Shown here one piece after another: positions 16,962 to 25,700 of a DNA stretch of 36,229 bases. Position 1 is the stretch's first letter, and every line of letters starts with the position of its first letter. The stretch is taken from assembly GCA_030628445.1 (NCBI GenBank), contig DAOVQV010000001.1, positions 1-36,229 on the forward strand, read 5' to 3'. Both the position numbers and the translations under genes were made by a program. Source of the stretch: Phycisphaerae bacterium. GTDB lineage: Bacteria; Planctomycetota; Phycisphaerae; SM23-33. The notes under the pieces are model-generated. The model made no database searches and had not been told where the DNA came from. It worked only from the letters and a program-made list of their open reading frames with translations.

Positions 16962-18914
16962 CTATTCACCCTCCGCCACGCCCTCCGCTTGCGTGATTCG
17001 TCCCTGCGACACATACCGACCGCTGCCGGTTAAGCTGCGCTCGACGAAGTCGCGATACCCCGGCCCGCAGTTATGGGTGCAGAACGGCAAGATCCCCAGC
17101 GGCGTCGAATACTGAATCACGCATCGTTTGGCGCGCTCGACGTCGAAATTGTAGCGGTCCTGAAAATGCATCCCCGCACACATCAGCGTCCTGTAGGTAT
17201 ACTGCTCGCCTGCCCCGCGGCCGATGTCCTTGTCCAGCAACCCCCAGAGCGATCGGATGAACCGCTTGACGGTAAGCCCCGCCGGAGCAGCCTTGGGGCG
17301 GAAGTGGCGTTTGAACATCCGCACGGTACGCCACTTATCCCCCCACGTCGCCCTGCCCCTGCGGCGAATGCGGGCGGCGATACGATTCATATCGGTAAAC
17401 ATCCCCTCGATGTTGACTACGGCCGGGAAGGGGTAAACCGCTCCGTCGGGCGAGACGAGCAAGTACGTCCCGAATGCACAATCCGGATGGGGGCTCGGGC
17501 GGACCTTGGGCTTACCGGTCAGGGCCTCGATTATCTGAGCAAGCGGTAAGACGACCGACAGCGGGAACATATCCCGCAGCGGACTGGCGCCGGTCGCTTC
17601 GGCGATATCGCCGGCCAGGTCGCCCAGCGTATAGCGTCGCGCGACCCGTTCGGCCTCATCGATCCGCCCGGAGAAGGAGACCGGCTGGAAGCTTATCGCG
17701 CTGATCACGTCAATGTTGGCGACCGCAAAGCGGATGATCTCGCCGACGCGATCGTCGTTTATGCCCTTTAGGATCGTGGGGACCAGACAGATCTTCATGC
17801 CGGTTCGACGAGCGTTCTCCAAGCAGGCGAGCTTGATTTTCCAAATGCCCGGAAAATTGCGCGTCCGGCGGTAGGCGGCCTCGCCGACGCCGTCAAACTG
17901 CAGATATAGCACGTGCACGCCGGCCTCGGCGCAGCGCCGGGCGTAGTGAGCGTCCGCAAGCTTCAGGCCGTTCGTGGCGACCTGAATGTGCGAGAAGCCC
18001 ATCCGCCGCGCTTGGGCGACTATCCGCAGGAAATCCGGATGGACCGTAGGTTCGCCGCCGGTGAACTGGACCGCCGTGCACGGAACAGGCCGCATGTCCC
18101 GCAGGACCTGCAACTGCCGGACGACCTCGTCGTAGTCGGGTTCGTAGACGTACCCCTTGACCCCGGAGTTGGCGAAGCAGATCGGGCAGCGCATGTTGCA
18201 GCGGTTGGTCAGGTCGATCTGGGCCAGGCAGGCGCCGGAAAGATGCTGGTCGCACAGCCCGCAGTCGGAAGGACAGTGCCTCCCGCCGCTGATTTGCGGT
18301 TCGAGCACACCCGGTTGCTCCTCGAACGTCCAGAACGCGGCCTTCGAATAGAGCAACACGTCGGTGTTGATGCAATCGCGGACGTAACCGTGGTCGGGGC
18401 AGGTCTTCTCGATATAGACGGCGGAGTTTTCGACGAAGTATCGCCCCAGGACGATGGCCCCGCAGACCGGGCAGAGCGTCTCGACGGTTCGCGGAAGGCG
18501 GCGCAGGACAGGGCGAATGCGCGAGCCCGCGAAAGTATGCCCGGGCGAGCCGGCGAAGTCGCTGCGCCGGACGGTCCAGATGTTGTCGTGATGAACTTCC
18601 CGCTTCGGCCCGCAGGCGGGGCACGAGAAAGTCAAGACGATCTGCTTCCCGAGCCGATCGAACACACCCCGGACAACCTCGCCGCAACCCGGGCAGGTCG
18701 CTTGCGTGTGAACCGGTAAGGTCCGATACTGATCGGCGAAACGGCGCATGGATTCCCTGAACTGCTGCAACTCACCCGGTACGTCCGACCCGACCGGCGG
18801 GGGCTCGTAGATGCCCCCGGGTGATGTGTGAGGGCCACTGCTGTTGTGCTGGACGCGCTCGATCATATCCCGATCAACTCCAACTCGGCCGGGTTCCTGA
18901 CCGCAAAAAATCAC
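16962..18914 (-). CDS. Radical SAM enzyme with duplicated N-terminal zinc-ribbon, Tes / GDGT-MAS (MJ0619-type) family-like
   Basis: Two zinc-ribbon units are present: ATCPGCGEVVRG...FSCPACGP and TLCPVCGAIVLGRYF...YIEKTCPDHGY. They are followed by HCPSDCGLCDQHLSGAC, the radical SAM site IDLTNRCNMRCPICFANSG, FTGGEPTVHPDF and the C-terminal MCAGMHFQDRYNFDVERAKRCVIQY...LPFCTHNCGP. The GTG start overlaps the upstream TGA (GTGA at 18911-18914). An alternative ATG lies at 18866. Confidence 0.7.
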   Translation of the reverse strand: MIFCGQEPGRVGVDRDMIERVQHNSSGPHTSPGGIYEPPPVGSDVPGELQQFRESMRRFADQYRTLPVHTQATCPGCGEVVRGVFDRLGKQIVLTFSCPACGPKREVHHDNIWTVRRSDFAGSPGHTFAGSRIRPVLRRLPRTVETLCPVCGAIVLGRYFVENSAVYIEKTCPDHGYVRDCINTDVLLYSKAAFWTFEEQPGVLEPQISGGRHCPSDCGLCDQHLSGACLAQIDLTNRCNMRCPICFANSGVKGYVYEPDYDEVVRQLQVLRDMRPVPCTAVQFTGGEPTVHPDFLRIVAQARRMGFSHIQVATNGLKLADAHYARRCAEAGVHVLYLQFDGVGEAAYRRTRNFPGIWKIKLACLENARRTGMKICLVPTILKGINDDRVGEIIRFAVANIDVISAISFQPVSFSGRIDEAERVARRYTLGDLAGDIAEATGASPLRDMFPLSVVLPLAQIIEALTGKPKVRPSPHPDCAFGTYLLVSPDGAVYPFPAVVNIEGMFTDMNRIAARIRRRGRATWGDKWRTVRMFKRHFRPKAAPAGLTVKRFIRSLWGLLDKDIGRGAGEQYTYRTLMCAGMHFQDRYNFDVERAKRCVIQYSTPLGILPFCTHNCGPGYRDFVERSLTGSGRYVSQGRITQAEGVAEGE

Positions 18915-20200
18915 TCATCAAAACACGCGGGGTAGCGCCGCTTTGTTTGCTTGCGCTTTCGATAGCTGCTCGCAAGCTCCATGAAGATATCCAGGTCTCG
19001 CTCCATGTTGGAGCTGGTCGCGTCGAAGTAGAAATTGCGGATCGGGATCTCATCATGATCTCGCCCGACGGCGTGGTAGAGGGCCTCGCAGACGATCCCA
19101 TTCATGCATGAGAAGGGACTTATGTCGATGATCCCGTCGGCGCCCTTGCGGTGCAGGTAGATAGTCTTCCCTATCGACAGGACCATTTCCCCCAGCGCCC
19201 CGTCGGCCGGGAGGTAGGGCCACCCCGGCTCGAGGACCTCCTTGTAGATATCGTGCGGTTCTTCGTATCCGAAGAAATCGGCCCCGAAAGGTTCAAGCAG
19301 CTTCTGTTCGTCCCGCTTCTGGACGGCGTTTTTGAGGACGGCCGCGAGCATCCCCAGCGACAGCGTCCTACCGTCGCGCTTCAGCAGCGACTTTTGCGAC
19401 CAGTTGGTGTACCAGACCCATTCGCAGACGTCCGACATCCAGGCCTCCCCGCCGTGGGCCTCGATCCGCCGAACCGCATCATAGTTGCTGAACGTGTTAA
19501 GCCTGCAGAAGATCTCCCCGACCACGCCTATCAACGGCCGGTCCTTACTGTATTCGGCGGGCACGGCCCTGAATAGGTCACGCGATTCTCTCAAGGCCCC
19601 CACGAGCTGACGGAAGCGCACGGGAAACTTCACCTCCGGCGCCTCCATGACCCGCTCGACAAGCTGCATGCTTTGCTCGAAGGCCTCATCGGCGGCACCT
19701 GAGATGGTCTCGTACGGGCGGGTCTTGAGCAGCAACTTCCGCAGGATGTCCGAGGCGACCAGGCCGGACCACAGAGCGCGAATTACCCGCGAGCCGTACT
19801 TGCCCAGCCCGTCGTAACTGTTCTTACTGGTCGGGCAGATTACCGGGATATCCCCGTAGCCCAGCTCGGCGAGGACCTGGCGAAGATACGGGGCGTACTG
19901 GCCGAAGCGGCACGGGCCCTCGGCCGTGGGCATGAAAAAGGCTGTGCGGTCCGGGTCGAACCCGTCAGAGTTAACGATCCGCAGGAAATCGCCCAGCGTG
20001 ACCTTCTCGGGGTAGCACTCTTCCCCGGAGCTATAGAGCCCGCCGAACTCCAACGTTTGCTCGTCCGACGGCGGGGTCACGCGCGCCTCAAGCCCCGCGG
20101 AACGAAAGACCGCGGCCATCATCCGCGCTCCGACGTAGGTCATCCGCGGGATCCACAACGTCCGTCCCGCCAAGCGATCCATCACCGAATGCGAAGTCAT
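18911..20200 (-). CDS. Acyl-CoA dehydratase activase-related protein (COG3580/3581-type), PlsR-like
   Basis: Motifs include TLWIPRMTYVGARMMAAVFRSAGLEA, LYSSGEECYPEKVTLGDFL, PTAEGPCRFGQY, IGVVGEIFCR and ISPFSCMNGIV. These fit the partner proteins that accompany HgdC-type activases and resemble the C-terminal third of the 3247..6402 product. Confidence 0.72.
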   Translation of the reverse strand: MTSHSVMDRLAGRTLWIPRMTYVGARMMAAVFRSAGLEARVTPPSDEQTLEFGGLYSSGEECYPEKVTLGDFLRIVNSDGFDPDRTAFFMPTAEGPCRFGQYAPYLRQVLAELGYGDIPVICPTSKNSYDGLGKYGSRVIRALWSGLVASDILRKLLLKTRPYETISGAADEAFEQSMQLVERVMEAPEVKFPVRFRQLVGALRESRDLFRAVPAEYSKDRPLIGVVGEIFCRLNTFSNYDAVRRIEAHGGEAWMSDVCEWVWYTNWSQKSLLKRDGRTLSLGMLAAVLKNAVQKRDEQKLLEPFGADFFGYEEPHDIYKEVLEPGWPYLPADGALGEMVLSIGKTIYLHRKGADGIIDISPFSCMNGIVCEALYHAVGRDHDEIPIRNFYFDATSSNMERDLDIFMELASSYRKRKQTKRRYPACFDE

Positions 20201-20294
20201 GTTGTTGGTCCCTCGGGCATAGCGAGTTCGTAAGATACCGCAAGCGATGGGCTTTGAAAAGTGCGTGTTTGCGAAGTTACCCGCCGTCCAAGAC

Positions 20295-20366
20295 AGCCAG
20301 CGGAGGGATTCGAACCCACAACCCCCGCTTTACAAAAGCGGTGCTCTACCGTTGAGCTACGCTGGC
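20295..20366 (-). tRNA. tRNA-Thr (anticodon UGU)
   Basis: The reverse complement is GCCAGCGTAGCTCAACGGTAGAGCACCGCTTTTGTAAAGCGGGGGTTGTGGGTTCGAATCCCTCCGCTGGCT. It folds into a 7-bp acceptor stem, a GCTC/GAGC D-stem, a CCGCT/AGCGG anticodon stem with loop TTTGTAA (anticodon TGT), and a TTCGAAT T-loop. The T-stem has one U-U mismatch. No CCA is encoded. Confidence 0.87.
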
Positions 20367-20415
20367 GTCTGTTTCCAATGTACCGAAGGGGCGTTGGGAA
20401 TTCTAGACGTCAATC

Positions 20416-20439
20416 AAAAGCGTTCGGCCCCAGGGCCGA
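20416..20439 (-). terminator. Candidate intrinsic terminator after the exosortase/EPS operon
   Basis: On the minus strand: stem TCGGCC/GGCCGA with a 4-nt loop (20424-20439), followed by ACGC TTTT GATT. It lies ~20 nt after the Wzc-like stop. Confidence 0.4.
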
Positions 20440-20459
20440 CGTTATGAGTGGGCGAGTTG

Positions 20460-22715
20460 CTACTGCTTGGTTGTCCGGGCCGACTTGGCGGGCGGTTGGG
20501 CGGGGGCGGCGGGGAGCTGCTCCTGCTCGTGGTACTCGTAGAACGTCTCGTAGCTCCGACGATAATATCCGCCTGCGGTGACGCGAACGCCGTTGACGAC
20601 AACGCCTACGATATGTGCGCCGACCCTCGTAAGCATATCCCGGGTCCGCTCGACGATCCCGTACGTATTCGCCCCCGCTCGAACGACAAGGATCACGCCG
20701 TCGACGAGGCTGCTCAAGACGGACGAATCGGAGACCACCAGTCCGGGCGCTCCGTCAAAGAAAACCTGTTCGAATTGGTCGGTCATCTCGGAAATGATGT
20801 TGCGCATCTGATCGGACCCGAGCAGCTCGGCGGGATTCGGCGGCAGGACGCCGGACGACATCAGGAACAAGTCCTTGTCGACCTCTTTTGCAAGATCGCG
20901 CCAGTTGGCCTGGCCGGATAGCACGCTGCTTAGCCCGGCTTCGGGGATCTCGGGGAAGAGCTTTCGGATAACAGGCTGGCGGAAATTGGTGTCCACAACC
21001 AGCACTTTCCTGCCGGCTTGCGCCACCGATCCGGCGAGGTTCAGCGTAACGGTGCTGCGGCCGTCTTCGGGCATCGGGCTGGTAACCAGCAAGCTCCGCC
21101 GCCCGGAAGGGGGCCCGCTGAACAGCAAGCACGTTCGGATTCGCCGGAACGACTCGCTGATCAGGGAGTTGGGATTCGTCATGAACGTCAGGCGCAGATC
21201 TTCGATTTCCTCATCCACATCATCCAAATGAGGCACCATACCAAGCGCAGCTAGGTCTATCCGCCTGGTGATGTCCCCGGGAGACTTAACGGAGGTATCG
21301 ATGACTTCCAGCAGAAATGCCAGTCCCACACCCACCACGATCCCCAAAAAGACCCCCAGCGGAACCATGACCTTCCACTTCGGCATGGAGGGCTTGCGGG
21401 GTTTTGCGGCTTGGCGTCGCAGGAATACCGGCCTTTCGCCGCGGTACAGCAACCTGTAGTCCAGCTCCTTTGTCTTGATCTTGTTTATCTGCTCCTCCAG
21501 GGCCTCCTCCTGGGCGGCAAGTTGCTTCAGTTGCGCCAGATTTGCCTGGGCGTCGTTCAGCCTGGCCATGAGGGCCTCATATCTATCCTCAACCTGCTTC
21601 CTTTGCGCCCCGAGAGTTTCAATATTGCCTTGGTGGAACTGCTTGACGCCCTCCGCGGCGTTCTTCGCCAGCTCATCCTCTTGTCTCTTCATCTGCTCCG
21701 CGACACTGTCCAGGCGGTTTTCCAGAGTCCTAACCCTCCTGTGCTGCGGGCCGAACTTGGCCAGAGCGTCGTCCAGTTCGGTGCGGAGATTCACCTGGGC
21801 ATGGCGCAGCGATGCGAACGTTGGATTGGCATCGACGGCCGCGCGTACCGGGGCCGAGCTGATCAGCGTACCGGCACGTTCCTGTTCCAAGATCTTGTCG
21901 TAAGCGGACTGCTCTTCGGCCAGACCAAGGTCCAATTCTGTGCGCGCAACCACGAGACCTTGCAATTGGACATTCAGGACGTTGCGCTGATCCTCGATGT
22001 TGGGGATGTCTTCCGGCCTCATCTCGGACATTGCTCTTCGAATCGCATCCAGGTCTGACTGGAGGGTACGTCGTTCGTCGCTCAGTCGGTCAAGCTGCTC
22101 AACGCGGTCATCCTTGACGCTCTTGGTGTTGTCTTCGACAAAGGCGTTGGCGACGGCATTGATGATGTCGGCGAGTTCGGCCCGTTCTTTGTTCGTGCTT
22201 GCCCTCTCGGTCATTGCGATGCGGACGAAGAAGGTATCCGGGACCGAGGCCACCTTAAGGGCATCGTACAATTCCTGAATGACGTCGCCGCTGGAATACC
22301 GGCGGTACCATTTCGTCCTGTTGAGCAGCGGGTCCTCCGTCGCCGCCGCAAGGACTGCGTCCGATTTGATCAGTTGTGCCTGCGACCGGGTCAGCCGGTC
22401 CATGATCTGCTTGCTGGGCAGTTGTGCCGTATCGACCATGGCACTTGGTTTGGGCGGGTTGATCTGCAGATAGGCCTCGGCGGTGTAAAACGGCGCGTAA
22501 AGCAGCCACAGGATCGTCGCGCCACATGCGATCCCGGCACCGATCAATATCGACAGTATGATCAACCATTTGTGCTTGAGGAAGATACGGACAACGTCTC
22601 GGCCGGTCATGCCGCCGGCTCCGACGGGCGCGCGGGCCATACGGCCCAGCCCCCCCGGCGCCTGTGCGGCACGGACGATCTGAGGAGTACGATCTTGCGT
22701 CGGTACAACGGTCAC
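20460..22715 (-). CDS. Polysaccharide co-polymerase / BY-kinase (Wzc/EpsG-like) with a degenerate Walker A
   Basis: The N-terminal Wzz-like domain has two TM helices flanking a long coiled-coil periplasmic region. The C-terminal P-loop domain has Walker A position SPMPEDGRST, Walker A' VLVVDTNFRQP and a Walker B-like FFDGAPG. The C-terminal Tyr cluster is GGYYRRSYETFYEYHEQ. Confidence 0.87.
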   Translation of the reverse strand: MTVVPTQDRTPQIVRAAQAPGGLGRMARAPVGAGGMTGRDVVRIFLKHKWLIILSILIGAGIACGATILWLLYAPFYTAEAYLQINPPKPSAMVDTAQLPSKQIMDRLTRSQAQLIKSDAVLAAATEDPLLNRTKWYRRYSSGDVIQELYDALKVASVPDTFFVRIAMTERASTNKERAELADIINAVANAFVEDNTKSVKDDRVEQLDRLSDERRTLQSDLDAIRRAMSEMRPEDIPNIEDQRNVLNVQLQGLVVARTELDLGLAEEQSAYDKILEQERAGTLISSAPVRAAVDANPTFASLRHAQVNLRTELDDALAKFGPQHRRVRTLENRLDSVAEQMKRQEDELAKNAAEGVKQFHQGNIETLGAQRKQVEDRYEALMARLNDAQANLAQLKQLAAQEEALEEQINKIKTKELDYRLLYRGERPVFLRRQAAKPRKPSMPKWKVMVPLGVFLGIVVGVGLAFLLEVIDTSVKSPGDITRRIDLAALGMVPHLDDVDEEIEDLRLTFMTNPNSLISESFRRIRTCLLFSGPPSGRRSLLVTSPMPEDGRSTVTLNLAGSVAQAGRKVLVVDTNFRQPVIRKLFPEIPEAGLSSVLSGQANWRDLAKEVDKDLFLMSSGVLPPNPAELLGSDQMRNIISEMTDQFEQVFFDGAPGLVVSDSSVLSSLVDGVILVVRAGANTYGIVERTRDMLTRVGAHIVGVVVNGVRVTAGGYYRRSYETFYEYHEQEQLPAAPAQPPAKSARTTKQ

Positions 22716-22719
22716 TTAC

Positions 22720-25700
22720 TCACTCCCGGCCGATATCCGCTCGAACGCGGCCAATCGCTTCGGTTATGCTCTTCTTGAGCGTATCTTCTTCGGGGCGGTC
22801 CGCAACAAGCTCCAAGGCAAGCTGGTACTGATGCAGCGCCTGGCCGTACTGCCTCGTCTGCTCGTAGACCCACCCAAGATGATATCGGTTATCCGGGATG
22901 GGTTGGCCTATCTGCAACGATCTCAGCAATTGTCTCTTGGCCTCGTCGTACTGCCCAAGCTTCGCCAGCGTCCATCCGTAGGTATCAATCACGTTTTGAT
23001 CGCCGGGGCGCAAATCCAAGGCGCGCTTCGCAAGAGGTTCCGCCTTTTGCGGCTCGTCTAATTCATCGACATATATGTATGCCAAGTTGTTTAACGCGGC
23101 CATTTCGTCGGGGCGGATTTCAAGCACCGCCAGATACACCTTCTCGGAGTCCTTCCACTGACGCATCTGGGCGTAGGTGATTCCAAGTTCGGAATTGATG
23201 GTGACCACCGCCTGAGGCTCATCGGTCAGTTCAAGCGCCTTGTGGTAGGCGATGATCGCCGCGGAGTAATTCGGTCTGCGCTTTTGGAGTTCAGCCTTTT
23301 TGCACATGGCGCCCAGCCGGAAATAGATATTCCAATCACCCCTGCGGTCGGCCCAGCGATTGATCTTCTGCGGCGCAAGGGCCAGCCCATAGGCCAGTTC
23401 CGCCTGAGCCAGGACGGGCCCTAGTTGGTTGGGGGTGGCAGTTTGCACGGCAGTTATGAATAGCTGTTCAGCTTCGGTGGATTTTCCCTTCTTCGCCAGA
23501 GCGGCGGCGCGGTGGGCCTTTATCACCGCCGCCCATTCGGGTTCGTCTTCATACCTCCCGGCGATGCGTATCACGTCATCATACTTTCCGGCCTCCAGTA
23601 AGGCCGTCATGTATCCAGTAACAACCGGTCGCGAGCGCGGCGCCATCTCCACGGCCTTGGCGTACGCACTCATTTGCCTGACCAAGTCATTACGCGCGCG
23701 CCACATCTGGGCCTCATGCAACACCAGCATGACGTTATCGGGGAAAAGCCTTCTACCCGACCGAAGTTGCGATTCCATCTGATCCCATTTGCCCTGCTGG
23801 AGGTACAACGAGACCAACTGTTCGCCCGCCCGTTCGTGGCGGGGGTTGTCCCTCAGGATATCGCGATAGACCTGTTCCGCCTGCGTCAACTCGCCAAGGG
23901 TCCGACACACAGCGGCCAAGTCCATTGACAACGCGACGGCATCCGACAGCTGCAGCGACTTCTGCAGATCTTCTTTGGCCCGGGCAAACTCCCCGCGCTC
24001 GACGCGCAGCTTCGTGCGATACCTCAGCGGCAACAGCGAATCCGGGTTCATTTCGATCGCACGGTCAAAGAGGCTTTCCGCCTTCGACAGTTGCCTCTGC
24101 TTCCAGGCGATGATGCCCTTCAGCGTCAGGCCATGTGCGTCGGTTGAGTCAGCGGACAGGATGGCGTCTATCCGCTTCGCCGCCTCGTCGGTCTTACCGG
24201 ATTCTATCAGGTACAGGATCAAGTCTTTCCGGGCGTTTTCGGGGTTAGGGGGATTCAGTTGCAGGTAGGTTTCCATAGCCCCCACCGCTTCGGCCCAACG
24301 TTGCTGCTTCGCCAGGTACTGCGCCTTGGCAAGATACCCATCGGGCAGGTTTGGATCGCTTTCGATGGCCTTGCCAAGAGCCGCCAAGGCCTGTTCGAGG
24401 CTGTAGAACTGCAGGGAAGTGCTCCAGGCGATCCATATCTTGGCCTTATCGGCGGGCGTTTGGGCTTTTGTCAGAAGCTCCGAGAAGATCTTGTCCACCA
24501 GGGAAGATTTTTGGGCTCTGATGTAGTACTCCGCCAGCAACTTTGCGGCCCCGATCTTGTCGGATGCGTTGTCGTAAATGTAGCGATACGTCTTCTCGGC
24601 CTGGCCAAATCGTTCCATTCGCTCGTACAAAACCGCCAGATGGTAACGATTGATCAAATCGTTCGGCTGGCGCTTTGCTATCCTTTCCCGCTTGGGGATT
24701 ATCTTCGCGGCGATGGTCTCGTCAGTGGCGTTCTTCTCCTCGTAATTGAGGTAGCTTTGGCTGACGTAAGGGTTTCGGCGGCTCAAGGGCAACTGATAAG
24801 CCCGGCGAATCCATCTCTCGTGCTCTTGCCATTTGTTCTGTCGCTCTGCCACGCGCGCCAGTCCGATTATGGCAGCGGCGAAGCCGGGGTCTCTTCGTTC
24901 GGCTTCGGCGTAGGATTCTCGGGCCCTCACAAATTGCTCGGTCGCCAGGTAGCACTGACCGATCGCAACCCAGGCTGTCTTAAGCTCAGGCCGCCTCGCC
25001 AAGAGCTCCTGCAGCGCTGCAATTGCCGATTCGTACTCGCCCTTGGCCTGGGCCAGCCGAATTCGCACACCGGCACCTTCCAGACCGTCGACATCGGCCT
25101 CGGCCGCCTTCTCGGCGTATTGCTCCGCCAGCGGCCAGTCCTTCTGACGGGTGGCGTAGGTGAACATCTGCTGAATCAGGACCGGTGAATCCGGATCGAG
25201 CCGTTCGGCTTCTCGCAGGTAAGTCAGCTCTCGCCGGGCATTGCCGACAATCGCGCACGCATTGGCTTTCGTCAGTGCAGCTGACAACAGATCGTCGGCG
25301 AACTTCTTGTCGACCCTCTCCAGAAGCATCTCGAAGCGCTTTTCGGGATCGGTCTCACCCAGCCTCGCCATCTCAAAGTCAATATCTTCGTTTTCCCCAA
25401 GGCGAGCCCTTGCTGCTGCAAGGAGCTTCACCGCCTCGTCCCGTCTGCCGTCGGATGCGTACATCCTGGCCAGCTGCACGACTACCGGGACATTTTCGGG
25501 CGCCTTTTCGTACAGTTCCACCAGAAGTCCTATCGCCTGATCGCGCTGTTCCTCGGCCCACAGCCTCTGCGCCCGGTCCAACAGGACCGCCATAGCTTGA
25601 CGGCCCACCTTTCCTTCCACCAACCCCTCCGGCGCAGCGGCGGAAGCTTCAAGGACGGCTTTGAGCTGAAGGGCCTCGGGATTGTTCGGATCGATCCTCA

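Noticed and set aside
20201-20459. tRNA-Thr as a possible integration site marking a genomic island boundary between the exosortase operon and the radical SAM operon.
   Set aside because: I found no integrase or recombinase gene, no direct repeat of the tRNA 3' end and no obvious compositional break on either side within the window.
20247-20581. ORFs of 66 and 106 aa on the plus strand across the tRNA region.
   Set aside because: They overlap the tRNA-Thr gene and the 3' end of the Wzc-like gene. Their translations are low-complexity.
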